Source: a bacterium (GTDB taxonomy: Bacteria; Zhuqueibacterota; Zhuqueibacteria; Oceanimicrobiales; Oceanimicrobiaceae). From it: a stretch of DNA of 10,355 nt. The translations under genes were made by a program, and so were the position numbers. The notes under the pieces were generated by a model. It worked only from the letters and a program-made list of their open reading frames with translations, made no database searches and was not told the DNA's origin. Shown one piece after another: positions 7,591 to 10,355 of this stretch. Every line of letters begins with the position of its first letter. Within the stretch, counting starts at the first letter, position 1. The DNA lies in assembly GCA_046758365.1 (NCBI GenBank), contig JBHIAC010000119.1, positions 1 through 10,355 of the forward strand, in the 5' to 3' direction.

Positions 7591-8289
7591 ATGAAATTTG
7601 GTGTGATAGTTTTTCCTGGTTCAAACTGTGATCATGACTGTTATTATGTATTGAAGCATGTGTTTAACCAAGATATTAAATTTGTATGGCATAAAGAACA
7701 AAACCTCAGTGAATATGATGCCATCCTTCTTCCTGGCGGATTTTCTTATGGAGATTATTTACGCACAGGCGCTATAGCCCGGTTTTCGCCAGTGATGAAT
7801 GCCGTGGTGGATTTTGCAGAAAATGGAGGAATAGTCATTGGAATTTGCAACGGATTTCAAATTCTCTGTGAAGCAGGATTACTTCCTGGCGCATTAATGA
7901 GAAACAAAAACCTTCGTTTTATATGTAAATATGTTTTTCTTAGAGTTGAAAATGATAATACAGTTTTTACCCGCGTTTGTAATATTGGAGAGATACTTAA
8001 AATTCCCATTGCCCATGCTGAAGGACTTTATTACGCAGACCCTGAAACTCTCGAAGAATTAAATCAAAACCATCAGGTTCTGTTCAGATACTGTGATGTA
8101 ACTGGAAACATTACAAATGAAGCCAATCCCAATGGGTCACTAGAAAATATTGCTGGAATAATTAATAAATCTGGAAATATCATGGGTATGATGCCTCATC
8201 CAGACCGCTGTGCTGAAGAGATTTTAAATTCCACTGATGGTGCTAAGATTTTTCAAGCTATTATTGAGCATAGTCTGGTGACCGTTTAA
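7591..8289 (+). CDS. purQ: Phosphoribosylformylglycinamidine synthase glutaminase subunit PurQ
   Basis: [25 protein letters not shown], nucleophile GIC86[23 protein letters not shown] (His203; Asp205 in place of the usual Glu). Confidence 0.95.
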   Translation: MKFGVIVFPGSNCDHDCYYVLKHVFNQDIKFVWHKEQNLSEYDAILLPGGFSYGDYLRTGAIARFSPVMNAVVDFAENGGIVIGICNGFQILCEAGLLPGALMRNKNLRFICKYVFLRVENDNTVFTRVCNIGEILKIPIAHAEGLYYADPETLEELNQNHQVLFRYCDVTGNITNEANPNGSLENIAGIINKSGNIMGMMPHPDRCAEEILNSTDGAKIFQAIIEHSLVTV

Positions 8290-8389
8290 AACTGAGTTCT
8301 TTAATTACTGGGAGGTATGTAATTATTTTACGGAGGTGATTTTCGCTAACCTATGAATTGCTAAAATTCAAACGAAAGGGGACAGCCGG

Positions 8390-8650
8390 ATGGCTAAAAG
8401 ATCAATCGGGCAGATCGTATTAGTGATTATTTTAGGGGCAGTGATTGGCACTTTGTTAGGGGAATTAATCGGTCTTTTGTTGCCCAGTGGAGTTGTAAAA
8501 GACTTTTTCTTAAAATCAGCAGCCTTTGCCATGGGGCCTGGAACATTAGATGTGAAGTTATTCTCAATCACCATTGGATTTACAGTCAAACTTAATATCG
8601 TTGGACTCTTTGGAGTGGGGATTGCGATTTACATGCTTAGGTGGTATTAA
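8390..8650 (+). CDS. Small membrane protein, DUF4321-like
   Basis: 86 aa with an N-terminal TM (LVIILGAVIGTLLGELIG), the pattern TLDVKLFSITIGFTVKLNIVGLFG and a C-terminal hydrophobic segment, as I recall for DUF4321 proteins. SD AAGGGGA upstream. The family assignment is from memory. Confidence 0.7.
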   Translation: MAKRSIGQIVLVIILGAVIGTLLGELIGLLLPSGVVKDFFLKSAAFAMGPGTLDVKLFSITIGFTVKLNIVGLFGVGIAIYMLRWY

Positions 8651-8672
8651 ATTTTTTAAGGAGGTGTTTTGA

Positions 8673-8885
8673 ATGGGCTCTATAGGAATGCCAGAACTGA
8701 TATTAATTTTCTTGGTGATTCTTTTACTTTTCGGTTCAAAAAGATTACCAGAACTGGCACGTGGGTTAGGAAGAGGAATTCGAGAATTTAAAAAGGCCAC
8801 CAGTGAATTAAAAGACGAGCTGGATATAAGTGACATTGACAAGGATTTTAAAAAAGATATGAATGACATAAGTGCAAAAAAATAG
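8673..8885 (+). CDS. tatA: Twin-arginine translocase TatA/TatE-family subunit (copy 1)
   Basis: [18 protein letters not shown] hinge, then amphipathic helix [20 protein letters not shown] and a charged tail. Strong SD AAGGAGGT. Confidence 0.93.
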   Translation: MGSIGMPELILIFLVILLLFGSKRLPELARGLGRGIREFKKATSELKDELDISDIDKDFKKDMNDISAKK

Positions 8886-8897
8886 TTAGCAATAATC

Positions 8898-8978
8898 TTT
8901 TATTGTAAAGGATGTAGGATAAATCCCACGTCCTAAATGACGTAGGTGAGATACACCAATGTCATGAATGCAATAAAA
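8898..8978 (+). ncRNA. Putative structured RNA element (three-way junction) between the tatA paralogues; family unknown
   Basis: Hand-folded: P1 8898-8907/8969-8978 (10 bp); P2 8909-8919/8924-8934 (10 bp plus 1 mismatch, UAAA loop); P3 8937-8948/8954-8965 (11 bp plus 1 mismatch, AGAUA loop). Three G-U wobbles favour the + strand. Confidence 0.45.
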
Positions 8979-9023
8979 AATCATGGATTCACAAATATCT
9001 TAGAAATTTATAGGAGAAATATG

Positions 9024-9209
9024 ATGTCCTTAGGAATGCCAGAAATTTTAGTGATTTTTTTTATAATCCTACTTTTGTTTGGAGCTAAAAAACTGCCTGA
9101 ACTGGCAAAAGGTTTAGGCAAAGGGTTAAAGGAATTCAAGCAGGCTACAAAAGAGCCTGAAATTGAAGAAAAAAAATCTGAAATAAAATCTGCGGGAGAA
9201 AAAGAATAG
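9024..9209 (+). CDS. tatA: Twin-arginine translocase TatA/TatE-family subunit (copy 2)
   Basis: [48 protein letters not shown] at 9012-9016 supports ATG 9024 (or 9021) rather than the ORF-track GTG 8946. Confidence 0.92.
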   Translation: MSLGMPEILVIFFIILLLFGAKKLPELAKGLGKGLKEFKQATKEPEIEEKKSEIKSAGEKE

Positions 9210-9232
9210 ACCCAATGAATTGGGAGTAGAGC

Positions 9233-10355
9233 TTGGAGATTAGTAAGCTAAGCATCACTAAAGCCAAAGAAGGCTTGGCTCAGGGCGAATGGTCCTGTAA
9301 AAGTTTGGTTGAACGATATCTTACTAATATAAATGAAGGCGCTCATCTTAATGCCTTCATTTTTATTTTAGGGGATAGGGCTTTGGAAAAAGCCAATGAA
9401 ATAGATAAAAAGGTGCAAACAAAACAAGCGGGAAAGTTGGCTGGAGTTATAATGGCGGTAAAAGATATTTTGGCGATGGAAGGGGAACGGGTGACTTGTG
9501 GATCTCGTATTTTGCAGAATTTTGTCGCGCCTTATGATGCTACGGTTATCAGGCGATTGGAAGCCCAGGATGCTATCATCATCGGTAAAACCAATATGGA
9601 TGAATTTGCTATGGGCAGCTCTAATGAAACTTCCTTCTTTGGGCCTGCAAAAAATCCCCATGATACGGAGCGAGTTCCTGGCGGTTCTTCGGGGGGTTCC
9701 TGTGTTGCAGTAGCCGCGGGAATGGCCATGGCGGCCTTGGGGAGCGATACGGGTGGGTCCATTCGGCAACCGGCTTCATTCTGCGGGGTAGTTGGAATCA
9801 AACCAACTTACGGACGAGTCTCCCGTTTTGGTTTGGTAGCCTTTGCTTCATCTTTGGACCAGATCGGGCCGATTACCCATATCGTTGAAGATGCCGCTTT
9901 GCTGCTCGAAGTTATATCGGGGCCCGACAAAAGAGATGCGACCTCTGTTCCGATTCCAGTGCCAAATTTTTCTCAAGCTATTGGTAAAGATGTTAAAGGT
10001 TTAAATATCGGACTACCTAAAGAATATTTCGCTGAAGGGCTTCATGAAGAAGTGCGTAACTCGATTGAAAACACCATTAAGCTTTTGAAGAACAGTGGCG
10101 CTACTTTTAAAGAGGTTTCTTTACCTCACACAGATTATGCCATCGCTACCTATTACATTCTTGCCACGGCTGAAGCTTCCTCAAATTTAGCTCGATACGA
10201 TGGCGCCCGCTATGGCTTTCGCGTCGAAGGCGCTAAAGAATTGGAAGAGATATATGTTAAAAGTAGGAGTCAGGGCTTTGGCGAGGAAGTTAAGCGCAGA
10301 ATTATGCTCGGCACCTACGTGCTCTCGGCAGGCTACTACGAAGCTTACTACCGCA
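9233..10355 (+). CDS. gatA: Asp-tRNA(Asn)/Glu-tRNA(Gln) amidotransferase subunit A (partial, runs off the right edge)
   Basis: Manual translation from TTG 9233 (SD GGGAG 9222-9226): MEISKLSITKAKEGL...LAGVIMAVKD...GKTNMDEFAMGSSNE...VPGGSSGGS...LGSDTGGSIRQPASFCG...AEASSNLARYDG...GFGEEVKRRIMLGTYVLSAGYYEAYYR. This contains the amidase signature and GatA-specific motifs, and the frame is open to the window end. Confidence 0.96.
   Translation, partial: MEISKLSITKAKEGLAQGEWSCKSLVERYLTNINEGAHLNAFIFILGDRALEKANEIDKKVQTKQAGKLAGVIMAVKDILAMEGERVTCGSRILQNFVAPYDATVIRRLEAQDAIIIGKTNMDEFAMGSSNETSFFGPAKNPHDTERVPGGSSGGSCVAVAAGMAMAALGSDTGGSIRQPASFCGVVGIKPTYGRVSRFGLVAFASSLDQIGPITHIVEDAALLLEVISGPDKRDATSVPIPVPNFSQAIGKDVKGLNIGLPKEYFAEGLHEEVRNSIENTIKLLKNSGATFKEVSLPHTDYAIATYYILATAEASSNLARYDGARYGFRVEGAKELEEIYVKSRSQGFGEEVKRRIMLGTYVLSAGYYEAYYR

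Noticed and set aside
8359..8389. GCTAAA...GAAA...GGGAC resemblance to a c-di-GMP-I riboswitch
   Set aside because: The bases flanking GAAA do not pair to form P2, and the second stem with its tetraloop receptor is absent.
5894..8869. Minus-strand ORFs 5894..6112, 8368..8589 and 8564..8869
   Set aside because: They are antisense to psd, the DUF4321-like gene and tatA, with no independent coding evidence.
8946..9020. 25-codon extension of the second tatA from GTG 8946
   Set aside because: TatA proteins start a few residues before the TM helix, a good SD precedes ATG 9021/9024, and the GTG lies inside the predicted RNA stem.
9215..9232. Amber readthrough (pyrrolysine or recoding) joining ATG 9215 to gatA
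   Set aside because: TTG 9233 has its own well-spaced SD and gives a normal-length GatA N-terminus. TAG serves as an ordinary stop for ecfT and both tatA genes.
9368..9801. ORFs 9368..9769 (-), 9498..9713 (+) and 9532..9801 (-), and the locally higher GC content
   Set aside because: These are alternative-frame shadows of the Gly/Ala/Ser-rich amidase signature of gatA. Amino-acid composition explains the GC rise without invoking horizontal transfer.
1..10355. Defence system, CRISPR array, mobile element or purine/ZTP riboswitch associated with the pur genes
   Set aside because: I found no repeat-spacer array, transposase or integrase, or riboswitch consensus. The spacers before purB, purC and purS are too short (under 50 nt) to hold one.

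Overview
AT-rich bacterial housekeeping region with no mobile element, CRISPR array, rRNA or tRNA that I can see. The left edge holds the 5' end of an OPT-family oligopeptide transporter on the minus strand (1..75, absent from the ORF track). It is transcribed divergently from a long plus-strand gene run: ecfT - truA - tal (FSA/TalC-type transaldolase) - lipoprotein HtrA-like protease - purB - purC - psd - pssA - purS - purQ - DUF4321-like membrane protein - tatA - tatA - gatA (truncated by the right edge and also absent from the ORF track). The gene order resembles my recollection of FCB-group bacteria (Ignavibacteria/Calditrichota/KSB1-like); this is inference only. I see no convincing new multi-gene system. 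The best unexplained signals are (i) a compact ~81-nt predicted three-way-junction RNA between the two tatA paralogues, (ii) orphan Shine-Dalgarno-like/GGA hairpins upstream of the DUF4321-tatA-tatA block, (iii) a PurQ whose catalytic-triad Glu is replaced by Asp, and (iv) an ecfT with no adjacent EcfA ATPase genes.
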